Shown here in pieces: positions 9,201 to 18,394 of a stretch of DNA of 46,332 bases. Origin of the DNA: Alcanivorax sp. Its GTDB lineage: Bacteria > Pseudomonadota > Gammaproteobacteria > Pseudomonadales > Alcanivoracaceae. The notes under the pieces were generated by a model. The model was not told the origin of the DNA, did not search any database, and was given only the letters and a program-made list of their open reading frames with translations. Both the position numbers and the translations under genes were made by a program. The stretch covers positions 1 through 46,332 of the forward strand of contig JAWVWY010000001.1 in the NCBI GenBank assembly GCA_033723495.1. Reading direction: 5' to 3'. Position 1 is the stretch's first letter, and each line of letters starts with the position of its first letter.

Positions 9201-12200
9201 CCAAGGACACCGTTGCGCCAACGCTGGTATCCAGCAGCCCGGTGAATAACGCCACCAATGTTGCATTGCGGCCTGGCGTGTCGCTGACCTTCAGCGAACC
9301 GGTCATGGCTGGCAGCGGTGCCAGTGATCACCTGACCCTGACCGCCTCGGATAACACCGTCGTCTTCGACAGTGTGGCGGCCGGTGCCAATGTTGGCATC
9401 AGCAGCAACACGGTGGCACTGACGCTCAGCAATGACCTGATACCGGGGCTGGTCCACCAGCTGGCGGTGGGCATGGATGCCCTCACCGATGCTGCCGGCA
9501 ACCCTTATGCCGGGGGCAATGTACTGCAATTCACCGCCACCGATGGCAAGCCAACGGCCAACAACGACAGCTTCCCGGTGACAGAAGATACGCCCAGGCA
9601 GTTGACGGTGCTGAGCAATGACAGCGTGCAGCGAGGCAGCCTCAATGCCGCCAGTCTGGTGGTGGCGTCGGCACCGCAACATGGCAGCCTGACGCTGGAT
9701 ACCGGTAGTGGCGTGCTGACCTATCAGCCTGCCGCCGATTACAACGGTAGCGACAGCTTCACCTATCAGGTGCAGGACAGCTACGGCTTCACCAGTAACA
9801 CGGCGACGGTGCTACTGACGGTGAATGCCGTCAATGATGCACCGCGTACCCAGCCGGACAGTGCGACCACCACGGTGGGGCAGCCGATCACCGTGGATGT
9901 GCTGGCCAATGACACTGAGGTGGATAGCGGTGACAGCATTGATGCCAGTTCGCTGCAGGTCTTTGCCGCGCCATCCCAGGGGGTGGCCGTGGTTTCCGGT
10001 GGCAAACTGAGCTATACCCCGCCGGAAAACTTCAGTGGTGGTGTGTCGCTGACCTATCAGGTCGCCGACAGCCATGGTGCGCTATCGCCGGAAACCACGG
10101 TGAACATTGTGGTGCAGTCGTCCGCAGGGCCGGTGGCGGTGGATGATTCGGCCACGGTGACCGAAGACACCGCCAAGTCCATCAACGTGCTGGCCAATGA
10201 TAACGGCAGCATTGATACCAGTACCCTGGCGGTGGTGATGCAACCACAGCATGGTCAGGTGCAGGTGGTGTCGGGGCAGCTTCGCTATCAGCCTGCCGCC
10301 AATGACAACGGCGCTGACAGCTTCAGCTACCGGGTCGCGGATAGTAGTGGTGCCAGCAGTAATGTGGCCAATGTCAGCGTGACGGTCACCGCGGTCAACG
10401 ACGCGCCGGTTGCCAACCCGGATACCGTGGTGGTCACCGGCACCTCGCCGGTGGATATCAACGTCACCGGCAATGACAGCGATGTGGATTCGCCGCTTGC
10501 CACGGCCACCATTGAGGTAACGCAGTCTCCTGCGGCGGGCGCCGTGGCCATCAATGGCGGCCTGATTCGCTACACGCCGCCGTCCTCCGGTGCCGTTAAT
10601 GACAGTTTCCAGTACCGCTTGCATGACAGCGGCGGTGCCGTCTCTGCCCCTGCCCAGGTGACCATCACTACCAGTGCGGCCAATCAGGCCCCGCTGGCGG
10701 CCAATGATAGCGCCACGGTCGATCAGAACAGTTCTGTGCTGATTGATGTGCTGGCCAATGACAGCGATGCGGATGGCAGCCTGGATGCGGGCACCCTGAA
10801 TCTGACGGTGCCGGGTCATGGCAGCGCGGTGGTCGAGGCCGGCAAAGTCCGTTATACGCCGGACGCGCAGTATCACGGCGCGGACAGCTTTAGCTACCAG
10901 GTGGCGGATAACCTTGGCGCGCAATCTGTGCCTGCCACAGTCTCTGTGCAGGTACAGCTGGTGAACCAGCCACCGGTGATCAGTGGCGCACCGGGCACAT
11001 CGGTGCAGCAGGACCAGCCGTACCAGTTCCAGCCGGTTGCCTCCGACCCGGATAATGATCCGCTGACGTTTGCCATCAGCAATAAACCGGCCTGGGCCAG
11101 CTTTGATACCTCAACCGGGCAGCTGCAGGGAACGCCGGGTAACAGTGATGTCGGTACCGACACGGGCATTGTCATCAGCGTTTCCGATGGCACCGTGTGG
11201 TCCAGCCTGCCGGGCTTCAGCCTTACCGTGGTGAACGTCAATGATCCGCCGGTGGCGCAGGATGACAGCTATAGCCTGAATGAAGGGGGCATCCTGACGG
11301 TCTCGGCCGCTCAAGGGGTACTGGCCAACGACAGTGACCCGGACAATGACACCCTGACCGCCACTCTGGTCAGTGGCCCGGCATATGCCAGCAGCTTCAA
11401 GTTGAATGGCGACGGCAGTTTCAGTTACCAGCACGATGGCAGCGAACACTACAGCGATCAGTTCCGCTACCAGGTCAGTGATGGTCAGGGTGGCGTGGTG
11501 GACGCCGTGGTCAATCTGGCGGTGGCGCCGGTCAATGATCCACCGGCCTTTGTTTCCACACCGCCGACGACGCTGGCCGCCGGCAGTACGCTGAATTATG
11601 CGGTGTCGGTGCAGGACCCGGACAGCACGGCGACGCTGACGCTGGCCAGTGCGCCGGCCTGGCTGCAGCTGAATGGCAATACCTTGACGGGCACTGCGCC
11701 GGCCACTGCCGCAGGCAGCGATGTGACGGTGGTGCTGTGGGCGGATGATGGCCAGTTGCAGGTACAGCAGTCCTTTACTCTCGGCATTACCGCAACGGGG
11801 AGCGGTCAGCTTCAACTCGATACCCAGTGGACCGGCTTGCCGGCCAAGGTCAATCAGCCGCTGCAACTGACATTGAGCGTCGCCAACCCGTCCGGGCCGG
11901 ACCTGACCGATGCCACCCTGGTGGTGCAATGGCAGGGCCATACTGTGCCGCAGGTGCAGGGCTGTACGCAGATCGACAGCCAGACCCTGCATTGCCCTCT
12001 GGATCTGGCCAGCGGTGACCGCCAGCTATGGCGATTGGCTGTCGATACCGCGTCCACCGGTGACCAGTCAGCGACCGTCACGGTTGAGGACAGTGACCAG
12101 CAAACGCTGGCGAGCAAGTACACGGATGTGTCGATCAGTGATGACACCCTCACACAGGGCGATATCAACAGCACCATCGCCAAGGCTACCGCGATTACCT

Positions 12201-13558
12201 TGCTGCGTAGCCAGGGTCAGCGTTATCTGGCGGCCGGAACCGATGGCCAGGGGGTAACCCTGTATCGCTTGTACAACATGCAGCCGGTGGCGGTGACAAC
12301 GCTGGATGCCGGTGGGCATGTGGCGGCACTGGCCAGCATCGACTGGAACCACGATGGCCTGGACGACCTGGTCGTGCTGAACCGCGATACCACCCCTTCC
12401 GCCATCTACCTTAACCAGGGGAGCGAGCAGTTTATCGCGGGTCCGTCCCTGCCTGCGGGTAACCAGCTGCAGTTACATGATACCGATGGCGATGGTTACC
12501 CGGATCTGTTGATCGGGGTGCCCGGGCTGTATCGCCTGCCAGGCAGCGTCAACGGACAGAGCACCCTGCAGACGGTACCGACAACCCTGCCGATCAGTCA
12601 CTTCAGTGCGGTCGGCAAGGGCGGCCTGGTCACCAGTCAGGGCAATGTGCTGCGCTATGCCAGCCTCGGCATCAGCGGTGTTACTGCCAGCGTCAGCAAG
12701 GTGTTGAAAGGTGAAATCCGCACCCTGGTTAGCGCTGATATCAATCATGACGGCCTGACCGATGTGGTGGTCGGCCTGTCGCCCGATGCCCAGGGTGTCG
12801 GTGGTGGTGTCGCGGTGTTGACCATCGATGGCAATGGCCAGTGGCAGGAACAAACCGTAATTGGTCATGCCGCGGTGACCGGGGTGATGCTGGGTGACAT
12901 GGACGGGGATGGCCTGGATGAGCTGCTGGTGCAGCACCTCAATGGCAGCTGGCAACGGTTCCGCCAGAACGGGGCTCTCAGCCAGTGGGCGCTGGCGCCG
13001 CAAGCCTTCTATCTGAAGGCCAGCCTGGGCCTGGTGGCGGATCTCAATGGTGATGGCCTGGCGGATTTGCTACTGGCAAACACCCAGCAGGGCACCCTGG
13101 CGATTTACCTGGGCAGCATGACCCGGATTGGGCCACAGGCGGATGTTTCCGTGTCGGCGACGCTGGGGGAAATGAACAAGCATCAGCAGCGTCAGTACCG
13201 CATCACGGTTCAAAACCACGGCCCGGGCGACAGCCTGGGCACGCAACTGTTACTGGTTATCCCGCAGGGCCTGTCGGTGACGGATGCACCGAGCCAGTGT
13301 GTCCAGGCGGGCACCCTGTGGCAGTGTGCTGTCGGTGCCATTGCCAGTGGCGATCAGCAAACACTGACAATGTCGCTCTCCGGTGATCTCGGCGCTTTCT
13401 ATACCAAGGTGCTGGCGGTGGTTAGTGGCTCGGCCAGTGATGCCGACACCAGCAACAACCGTGCGGCCAAGATATTTGGAAAAGGTGGCGGCGGTGGCAG
13501 CCTGGGCTGGTGGTGGTTGCCCGGCCTGTGGCTCATCCTGCGGCAACGCAGAAAATAA
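6260..13558 (+). CDS. Giant repeat-rich surface protein/adhesin with GlyGly-CTERM anchor (2432 aa)
   Basis: Sec signal (…AFGSAQA); S/T/G-rich Ig-like domains; SDSG-x3-DNITND Big-type domain; SbsA-like Ig domain; multiple cadherin-like tandem-95/Big_9 repeats (PxAxDD...VLAND...YTP...G-D-F-Y); He_PIG-type domains; FG-GAP repeats (DWNHDGLDD, DTDGDGYPD, DINHDGLTD, DMDGDGLDE, DLNGDGLAD); DUF11-like domain; C-terminal GGGGGS-hydrophobic-RQRRK. Confidence 0.9.
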   Translation: MNKVICRLGLLLGMLLAFGSAQALTSADSQDFESVADGTTYSSPATIGSFTFYSNSSGQPANQKFAVGSFFTHVGNVGLYAASCCVGDVTEVRIVGASTFKLNSIWLGPGAGNSAAVLHAYKGGVQTGLGRSVTLSDSSIDTSGYSEFQDIDELRITGADLDLLVDNIMVAAPATSDSDGNLTAGGGSEPGSIDTAAGASAALDFTLRDGGTSDGAAMTVSQVKVHVSGTSTATERTNTAWTLTGPDISGSVTGSYSGGVVTFSGLPISVADGASETYTVNANLSHSGLTEGHTFVLSLDGDTDLTTGSAGTQMGTTSAVSNGAGFATSVTATSLAFTTEPAGSVSGSALTTQPVVVAEDAFANADRDFSANVSLSEASAGTLSGTTTVAASSGVATFTNVAYTASADQEAFTLSAVASGLTSATASSVTSDVVATQLMFSTQPAPTSISSGASSNFTTAPVVRAVDANNTVDTGYSSDMVMSVTNTSGGAPTGTVNSLTGTGDTDGSGTTVTLIPSSGSATFNGLALQYTNGGSTDSIVLHTASVGLTTANSTTITSTSVPNVTDGNISISGASGIGGAYKIGDVVTATWNNTASGDNNSGITGVSVDFSQFGGASSVAASNSSGSWTATYVITAGSIDATNRNVSVSATNANGTSTTSDTSNASVDNIAPTVTDGNISISGASGSGGTYIIGDTVTVSWDNTGAGDNNSDTLAGVTVDFSQFGGGASVVASNSAGTWTATYTLTAGSVQASNRNVSVTATDNAGNSTTTADTSNASVDNTAPAAPSTPDLAASSDSGASNTDNITNDSTPTFTGTADANSSVTVISSVDGDLGTTTADAAGNWSFTPGAVLSPGSHDITATATDTVGNTGAASAALSITIDSSAPAGYGLAVSPSPVNLSNQNAITVTFSGAELASSYQLTISSSGGGTPVTRSGTVTSANMAIIGLDLSGLADGTVQASLTLTDSAGNTGSSASDTAPKDTVAPTLVSSSPVNNATNVALRPGVSLTFSEPVMAGSGASDHLTLTASDNTVVFDSVAAGANVGISSNTVALTLSNDLIPGLVHQLAVGMDALTDAAGNPYAGGNVLQFTATDGKPTANNDSFPVTEDTPRQLTVLSNDSVQRGSLNAASLVVASAPQHGSLTLDTGSGVLTYQPAADYNGSDSFTYQVQDSYGFTSNTATVLLTVNAVNDAPRTQPDSATTTVGQPITVDVLANDTEVDSGDSIDASSLQVFAAPSQGVAVVSGGKLSYTPPENFSGGVSLTYQVADSHGALSPETTVNIVVQSSAGPVAVDDSATVTEDTAKSINVLANDNGSIDTSTLAVVMQPQHGQVQVVSGQLRYQPAANDNGADSFSYRVADSSGASSNVANVSVTVTAVNDAPVANPDTVVVTGTSPVDINVTGNDSDVDSPLATATIEVTQSPAAGAVAINGGLIRYTPPSSGAVNDSFQYRLHDSGGAVSAPAQVTITTSAANQAPLAANDSATVDQNSSVLIDVLANDSDADGSLDAGTLNLTVPGHGSAVVEAGKVRYTPDAQYHGADSFSYQVADNLGAQSVPATVSVQVQLVNQPPVISGAPGTSVQQDQPYQFQPVASDPDNDPLTFAISNKPAWASFDTSTGQLQGTPGNSDVGTDTGIVISVSDGTVWSSLPGFSLTVVNVNDPPVAQDDSYSLNEGGILTVSAAQGVLANDSDPDNDTLTATLVSGPAYASSFKLNGDGSFSYQHDGSEHYSDQFRYQVSDGQGGVVDAVVNLAVAPVNDPPAFVSTPPTTLAAGSTLNYAVSVQDPDSTATLTLASAPAWLQLNGNTLTGTAPATAAGSDVTVVLWADDGQLQVQQSFTLGITATGSGQLQLDTQWTGLPAKVNQPLQLTLSVANPSGPDLTDATLVVQWQGHTVPQVQGCTQIDSQTLHCPLDLASGDRQLWRLAVDTASTGDQSATVTVEDSDQQTLASKYTDVSISDDTLTQGDINSTIAKATAITLLRSQGQRYLAAGTDGQGVTLYRLYNMQPVAVTTLDAGGHVAALASIDWNHDGLDDLVVLNRDTTPSAIYLNQGSEQFIAGPSLPAGNQLQLHDTDGDGYPDLLIGVPGLYRLPGSVNGQSTLQTVPTTLPISHFSAVGKGGLVTSQGNVLRYASLGISGVTASVSKVLKGEIRTLVSADINHDGLTDVVVGLSPDAQGVGGGVAVLTIDGNGQWQEQTVIGHAAVTGVMLGDMDGDGLDELLVQHLNGSWQRFRQNGALSQWALAPQAFYLKASLGLVADLNGDGLADLLLANTQQGTLAIYLGSMTRIGPQADVSVSATLGEMNKHQQRQYRITVQNHGPGDSLGTQLLLVIPQGLSVTDAPSQCVQAGTLWQCAVGAIASGDQQTLTMSLSGDLGAFYTKVLAVVSGSASDADTSNNRAAKIFGKGGGGGSLGWWWLPGLWLILRQRRK
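7943..8608 (+). repeat. Two tandem 110-112 aa internal repeats in the adhesin
   Basis: Units 7943-8272 and 8273-8608 share VTDGNISISGASG.GG.Y.IGD.VT..W.NT..GDNNS....V.VDFSQFGG...ASNS.G.WTATY..TAGS....NRNVSV.AT...DTSNASVDN.AP. Confidence 0.9.
13484..13558 (+). other. GlyGly-CTERM (rhombosortase) sorting signal
   Basis: GGGGGSLGWWWLPGLWLILRQRRK: Gly-rich motif, short hydrophobic helix, basic tail. Confidence 0.85.
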
Positions 13559-13573
13559 AGGGTTGAACGCATG

Positions 13574-13642
13574 TTGCCGCGGGGCGCCGTGGCAAGCTGA
13601 CACGAAATGCACAGAGCACCCAGCATGCTGGCGTGCTCTGTG
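13574..13642. other. Two adjacent stem-loops downstream of the adhesin gene
   Basis: TTGCCGCGG-ggcg-CCGTGGCAA (13574-13595) and CACAGAGCACCCAGC-at-GCTGGCGTGCTCTGTG (13610-13642). Confidence 0.55.
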
Positions 13643-13856
13643 ACCTTTAGGCAGCCCTGCCACCTTGTCCCTGTGCCTTATCAAGGGGGGCGGTGTTCTC
13701 TTCTTTTAGCGGGGCAGGAGGGGGCCGGCAGACCAGGCAACCCCATTTTCGGTCAGCCTGTCTCTGGCCGAGCAAATGACAGACCCAAAACGGCGGCCTG
13801 AAAATTCACACGTCCTTTTTCCGCCAGCGGGCATCCTTGAACAAGGAGGATGTCCA

Positions 13857-14384
13857 ATGCGCTGGTTGATCATTGCGAGTGTAATTATGTTGCAGGCTTG
13901 TCAGACCCCGCAAACGCGGCCCATCGAGGTGGCCGACAATCTTGACCTGGATCGCTTTATGGGCGACTGGTATGTGATTGCCAACATTCCCACACCACCG
14001 GAAAAGGGCGCCCATAACGCCATGGAAAGCTATCGCCGTATCGGCCCATACAAGGTGGCGACAACCTTCACCTTTCGTAACGGCGCTTTCGATGGTGAGT
14101 TGAAGCGCATGACCCCCACGGGCTTTGTCAGCCGGGATAATCCTGCGATCTGGGGCATGCGTTTTATCTGGCCGTTCAAGGCGGATTTCCGCGTGCTCTA
14201 TGTAAGCCCGGATTATCAGACCACCATCATCGGTCGACAAAAGCGTGATTACCTCTGGATCATGGCACGCACCCCGCAGCTGCCGACGACGCAGTATCAG
14301 TCGCTGGTCAAGCAGGCGGCGGAGCGCGGTTATGACACCGGCCTGTTGCAGAAAGTCCCCCAACGGTGGACGCCGTCTCCTTGA
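13857..14384 (+). CDS. blc: Outer-membrane lipoprotein, lipocalin family
   Basis: Lipobox LQAC; LDRFMGDWYVIA lipocalin motif; DYLWIMAR; RBS AAGGAGG before ATG 13857. Confidence 0.88.
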   Translation: MRWLIIASVIMLQACQTPQTRPIEVADNLDLDRFMGDWYVIANIPTPPEKGAHNAMESYRRIGPYKVATTFTFRNGAFDGELKRMTPTGFVSRDNPAIWGMRFIWPFKADFRVLYVSPDYQTTIIGRQKRDYLWIMARTPQLPTTQYQSLVKQAAERGYDTGLLQKVPQRWTPSP

Positions 14385-14449
14385 AATAATGTCTGACGGA
14401 GCCATGCTGTCCTTAATGTAATGATGAAAGGCACAGTCAGGAGGGCAGC

Positions 14450-15085
14450 ATGAAGGTGTTAATCGTTGGCGCCAACGGCAAGATCGGTCGTCGTCTGATC
14501 CCACACCTGGTGGCGGAAGGCATGACCGTTCGTGCCATGGTCCGCGATCAGGCTCAGAGCGAATCGCTACGTGAGCTGGGTGCCCATGAGGTGGTGGTGG
14601 CGGACCTGGAAGGAGATTGTCGCCAGGCGCTGGCTGGCCAGGATGCGGTGGTGTTCAGTGCCGGCTCCGGTGCCCATACCGGCCCGGACAAGACCATCGA
14701 TGTAGATCAGAACGGCGCCATATCCGTGATGGACCAGGCCAGGGAACAGGGTGTGAAACGCTTCGTCATGGTCAGTTCCATGCGCGCCGACGACCCGAAC
14801 AGTGGCCCGGAAAAAATGCGCCATTATTTTGTTGCCAAGCAGACTGCCGATAACCACCTGCGTGGCAGCGGGCTGGATTACACCATTGTCCGCCCCGGTC
14901 GACTGACCGAGGCGCCGCCGCTGGACAAGGTCGACGTGGCCGAACGGCTAGAGCAATTTGGCGACATTTCCCGTGAGGATGTGGCACGAGTGCTGGCGGT
15001 GACCTTGATGCTGGGCACCGTTCACCGGGAATTCGACGTGATCCAGGGTAATACACCGATCCACGACGCCATTGCCGCATTGTGA
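14450..15085 (+). CDS. Atypical SDR / NAD(P)H-binding protein
   Basis: GANGKIG Rossmann motif, YFVAK, TIVRPGRL, ISREDVA. Confidence 0.88.
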   Translation: MKVLIVGANGKIGRRLIPHLVAEGMTVRAMVRDQAQSESLRELGAHEVVVADLEGDCRQALAGQDAVVFSAGSGAHTGPDKTIDVDQNGAISVMDQAREQGVKRFVMVSSMRADDPNSGPEKMRHYFVAKQTADNHLRGSGLDYTIVRPGRLTEAPPLDKVDVAERLEQFGDISREDVARVLAVTLMLGTVHREFDVIQGNTPIHDAIAAL

Positions 15086-15106
15086 TAGCGGCAGCCGGCG
15101 TCGTCG

Positions 15107-16483
15107 CTATTCGCTGGTCTGTTCTTCTTCCTCGGTGAGTGCCGGGGTGCCGTTGCCCCTGTCAGTGTTGCCGGTGGGTGCTGTGGCGGCCGGATGATCC
15201 GGCTCGTCACTGTCATCGGGCACCGTAGGGGCAGGGGGTTGCTCCCCGTCCTTGTCGTCTTGCGGGCTGGCCGGTTGGACCTTGGCATCGGCTTTTTCCT
15301 TGGCCTTTTCCGCCTGGGCCTCCACTTCCTCGGTGCTCTTTTCCTCGCCGATCCGGTAGGTGGCAAAGCCGGCATGGACTACCTGATTGGCGGCCATGCC
15401 CAGCACCCGGCCATCGTAGGGCGCGATGATGGCGCTGCCGGTGTTGCTGATCGGGTCGGTGACGGTGCCGAGAATCTGCCCCTTCTTGACCTTGTCGTTA
15501 AGTTTGACCTCTGACAGCAGGATACCGCCCTGGGCGGCTCGTACCCATTTGGATTCATAGAACACCGGTTGCGGCGCGCCCCAGAAATGGCTGGCCTTGC
15601 GCATGTGCAGATTTTCCAGCAGCGTTTCGATGGCCTGTACCCCGTAGCGTACCGCCTCCTCTTCCAACCGGTTGGGGCCACCGGCCTCCATGGTCACGGC
15701 GATGATACCGTCATTGACCGAGGCATCACGCAGCATGCCGCTGACGCCGGGGCTGTGCAGCACGGTCATGCCGCCAAAGTGCTTGGCAAAGGCCACCACA
15801 TCCGGGTTTTCCAGATCTGCCCGCAGCTGCGGCAGGTTGATGCGCTTCTGTGAGCCGGTATGCAGGTCCACCAGGTAATCGCAGTGCTGGATGATATTGG
15901 TGAACAGGGAATAGGCCACCCGCGAAGCGGCGCTGCCATCGTTGTTACCGGGGAAATAGCGGTTCAGGTCGCGACGGTCGCTGAGGTAGCGACTGCCGTT
16001 GCGGAAGCCGTCCAGATTGACAATCGGCACGCCGATCACGGTGCCGGCCAGCTGCTCCGGTTCCAGTTCGTACATCAGCCGCCGTACCATCTCGATGCCG
16101 TTCAGTTCATCGCCGTGCACCGCGGCGGTAAGACACAGCTTGGGCCCGGGTTTTTGCCCATGGGCCACCAGTACCGGTACCGGTGTGGCAATGGACGCGA
16201 ACGACTGATCCGGGGTCCAGTGCAGGGTGGCAAAGCTGCCGGGTTGCACGGTTTCGCCAAGCAGCATCAGGGCCTTGCGGGGTTTGCTCGGGGCCTCGCT
16301 GGGGGCGGTGCCGGCGGCGGTAACCTCGTCGCGGTGTTCACTGATATGCGGTGGCTTGGGCTTGGCCGGAGCATTTTCCTGCTGCTGGCGCTCCAGCGCC
16401 CGCTCTTCATCTTCCAGCTCGGTGGCCCAGGCTGGCAGGGCCACCAGCAGGGCCAGGGTGATCAGGGAAAGAGGTTTCAGCAC
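15107..16483 (-). CDS. Exported succinylglutamate desuccinylase/aspartoacylase-family (M14-like) zinc hydrolase
   Basis: Signal peptide (…LPAWA), HGDELNG, RDLNRYFPG, DLHTG, EAGG; biotinyl/lipoyl-like C-domain; acidic low-complexity tails. Confidence 0.85.
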   Translation of the reverse strand: MLKPLSLITLALLVALPAWATELEDEERALERQQQENAPAKPKPPHISEHRDEVTAAGTAPSEAPSKPRKALMLLGETVQPGSFATLHWTPDQSFASIATPVPVLVAHGQKPGPKLCLTAAVHGDELNGIEMVRRLMYELEPEQLAGTVIGVPIVNLDGFRNGSRYLSDRRDLNRYFPGNNDGSAASRVAYSLFTNIIQHCDYLVDLHTGSQKRINLPQLRADLENPDVVAFAKHFGGMTVLHSPGVSGMLRDASVNDGIIAVTMEAGGPNRLEEEAVRYGVQAIETLLENLHMRKASHFWGAPQPVFYESKWVRAAQGGILLSEVKLNDKVKKGQILGTVTDPISNTGSAIIAPYDGRVLGMAANQVVHAGFATYRIGEEKSTEEVEAQAEKAKEKADAKVQPASPQDDKDGEQPPAPTVPDDSDEPDHPAATAPTGNTDRGNGTPALTEEEEQTSE

Positions 16484-16516
16484 AGATTCTCCTTTGCCGC
16501 TCCGGGCTGCCGGAGC

Positions 16517-18394
16517 CTATTGGCTGTCCAGTTCGTCCCAGCGGCTGAAGGCGGTTTCCAGATCCGCCTGCAGCGTCTGCTGTTGCTGTTGCAGGGCGGT
16601 AATGTCACTGGCCTGCCCCTTGTAGAGGGCCGGGTCGGCCAGTTTCTGCTGCACCGCTTCCAGCTCGGTTTCCAGCTGCTCGATGCGCTCGGGCAGTTGT
16701 TCCAGCTCGCGCTGGTCCTTGTAGGACAGCTTCTTGCGTTTGGCGGGCGCCGCCGCTTTGGGGGCCGCCGGTTTGGCCGCTTTGACGGGCTTTTCGCTGA
16801 TCGGTTCCGGGCGCTGGCGCAACCAGTCCTGGTAGCCGCCCACATAGCTGTTCAGGGTGCCCTGTTCGAACACCAGGGTGGAGGTCACCACATTGTCGAT
16901 GAACTCCCGATCATGGCTCACCAGCAGCAGGGTGCCCTGGTAGTTCATCAGCTGCTCTTCCAGCAGTTCCAGGGTTTCTGCGTCCAGGTCGTTGGTGGGT
17001 TCGTCCAGCACCAGCAGATTGAACGGCCGGGTAAACAGCTTGGCCAGTAGCAGGCGGTTGCGTTCGCCGCCGGACAGGGATTTCACCGGCTGACGTACCC
17101 GGCCCGGGTCGAACAGGAAATCCTGCAGATAGCCGATCACGTGCTTGTTCTGGCCGTTAATGGTAACCACATCGGAGCCTTCGGCCACGTTGTCGATCAC
17201 ACTTTTGTCTTCGTCCAGGGTATCGCGCAGCTGGTCGAAGTAGGCTACCTGCAGTTGGGTACCCAGTTTGACGGTGCCGCTGTCCGGCGCCAGCCGGCCC
17301 AGCAGCAGCCGGATCAGGGTGGACTTGCCACAGCCATTGGGGCCGAGGATGCCGACCCGGTCGCCGCGCATCAGGGTGACAGAGAAATTCCTGACGATAT
17401 CTTGGCCATCGATGGCGTAGTTGAGGTGTTCGGCTTCCACCACCACCTTGCCGGAGTTGTCGCCGCTCTGGATGGTCAGGCTGGCAGTGCCGGTACGACT
17501 GCGGCGCTGGGCGAATTCCTCACGCATGGCTTTCAGGGCCCGAACCCGGCCTTCATTGCGGGTACGGCGGGCCTTGATGCCCTGGCGGATCCACTTTTCT
17601 TCCTGGCTGAGTTTCTTGTCAAACTCGGCGTTGGCCCTTTCTTCCGCCTCCAGTGCCGCCTGTTTGCCACTCAGGTACTTCTCGTAGCTGCCCGGCCAGC
17701 TGGTCAGGTTGCCGCGGTCAAGCTCGATGATGCGGGTCGCCAGGGCACGGATAAAGGCACGGTCATGGGAAATGAACACCAGGGTGGCGCCGTAGCCCTT
17801 GAGGAATTCTTCCAGCCACTGGATGGAGTCCATGTCCAGGTGGTTGGTAGGCTCGTCCAGCAGCAGGATATCCGGTTCCTGAACCAGCGCCCGGGCCAGC
17901 AGTACCCGCCGTTTCATGCCCCCGGAGAGGCCGGCAAAAGGCTGCTCGCCATCCAGTTTCAGCTTCGACAGTACCGTGTCCACCCGCTGCGACAATTGCC
18001 AGGCACCACGGGCCTCGATATCGCCGCTGAGCTGTTCGAAGCGCGCCAGCACCTTGTCGTCACCGTCGGCCAGCTGGTGGCTGAGCTCGGCGTGTTCGCT
18101 GAGCAGGGCGCCGTGCTCACCGAGGCCCTCGGCCACCATGTGATGCACGTTGTGCGCCTGGTCGTCGGGCACTTCCTGCTCCAGCCGTGCCACGGTCAGC
18201 CCCTGGGGCTTCTCGATCTGGCCGTCATCGGCCTGGATCTCGCCGGCCAGTACCTTCATCAGGGTGGATTTGCCGGCGCCGTTGCGGCCGATCAGGCAGA
18301 GCCGCTCGCCGGGTTCGATGGTCAGGTTGACGTGATCGAGCAGCGGTTTGTCACCGTAACTGAGCTGGATTTCGCGAAGAGTAAGTAATGGCAT
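16517..18394 (-). CDS. uup: ABC-F family ATPase Uup
   Basis: Two ABC domains (GRNGAGKS/LSGG/DEPTNHLD; GPNGCGKS/LSGGE/DEPTNDLD), WIRQGIKARRTRNEGRVRALK linker, KKLSYK C-terminal coiled coil. Start reassigned to ATG 18394 (MPLLTL). Confidence 0.92.
   Translation of the reverse strand: MPLLTLREIQLSYGDKPLLDHVNLTIEPGERLCLIGRNGAGKSTLMKVLAGEIQADDGQIEKPQGLTVARLEQEVPDDQAHNVHHMVAEGLGEHGALLSEHAELSHQLADGDDKVLARFEQLSGDIEARGAWQLSQRVDTVLSKLKLDGEQPFAGLSGGMKRRVLLARALVQEPDILLLDEPTNHLDMDSIQWLEEFLKGYGATLVFISHDRAFIRALATRIIELDRGNLTSWPGSYEKYLSGKQAALEAEERANAEFDKKLSQEEKWIRQGIKARRTRNEGRVRALKAMREEFAQRRSRTGTASLTIQSGDNSGKVVVEAEHLNYAIDGQDIVRNFSVTLMRGDRVGILGPNGCGKSTLIRLLLGRLAPDSGTVKLGTQLQVAYFDQLRDTLDEDKSVIDNVAEGSDVVTINGQNKHVIGYLQDFLFDPGRVRQPVKSLSGGERNRLLLAKLFTRPFNLLVLDEPTNDLDAETLELLEEQLMNYQGTLLLVSHDREFIDNVVTSTLVFEQGTLNSYVGGYQDWLRQRPEPISEKPVKAAKPAAPKAAAPAKRKKLSYKDQRELEQLPERIEQLETELEAVQQKLADPALYKGQASDITALQQQQQTLQADLETAFSRWDELDSQ

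Noticed and set aside
9551-11540. Adhesin repeats as a CRISPR array or DNA tandem repeat
   Set aside because: The repeats are diverged, protein-level cadherin-like domains in one open frame, with no identical DNA repeats and spacers.
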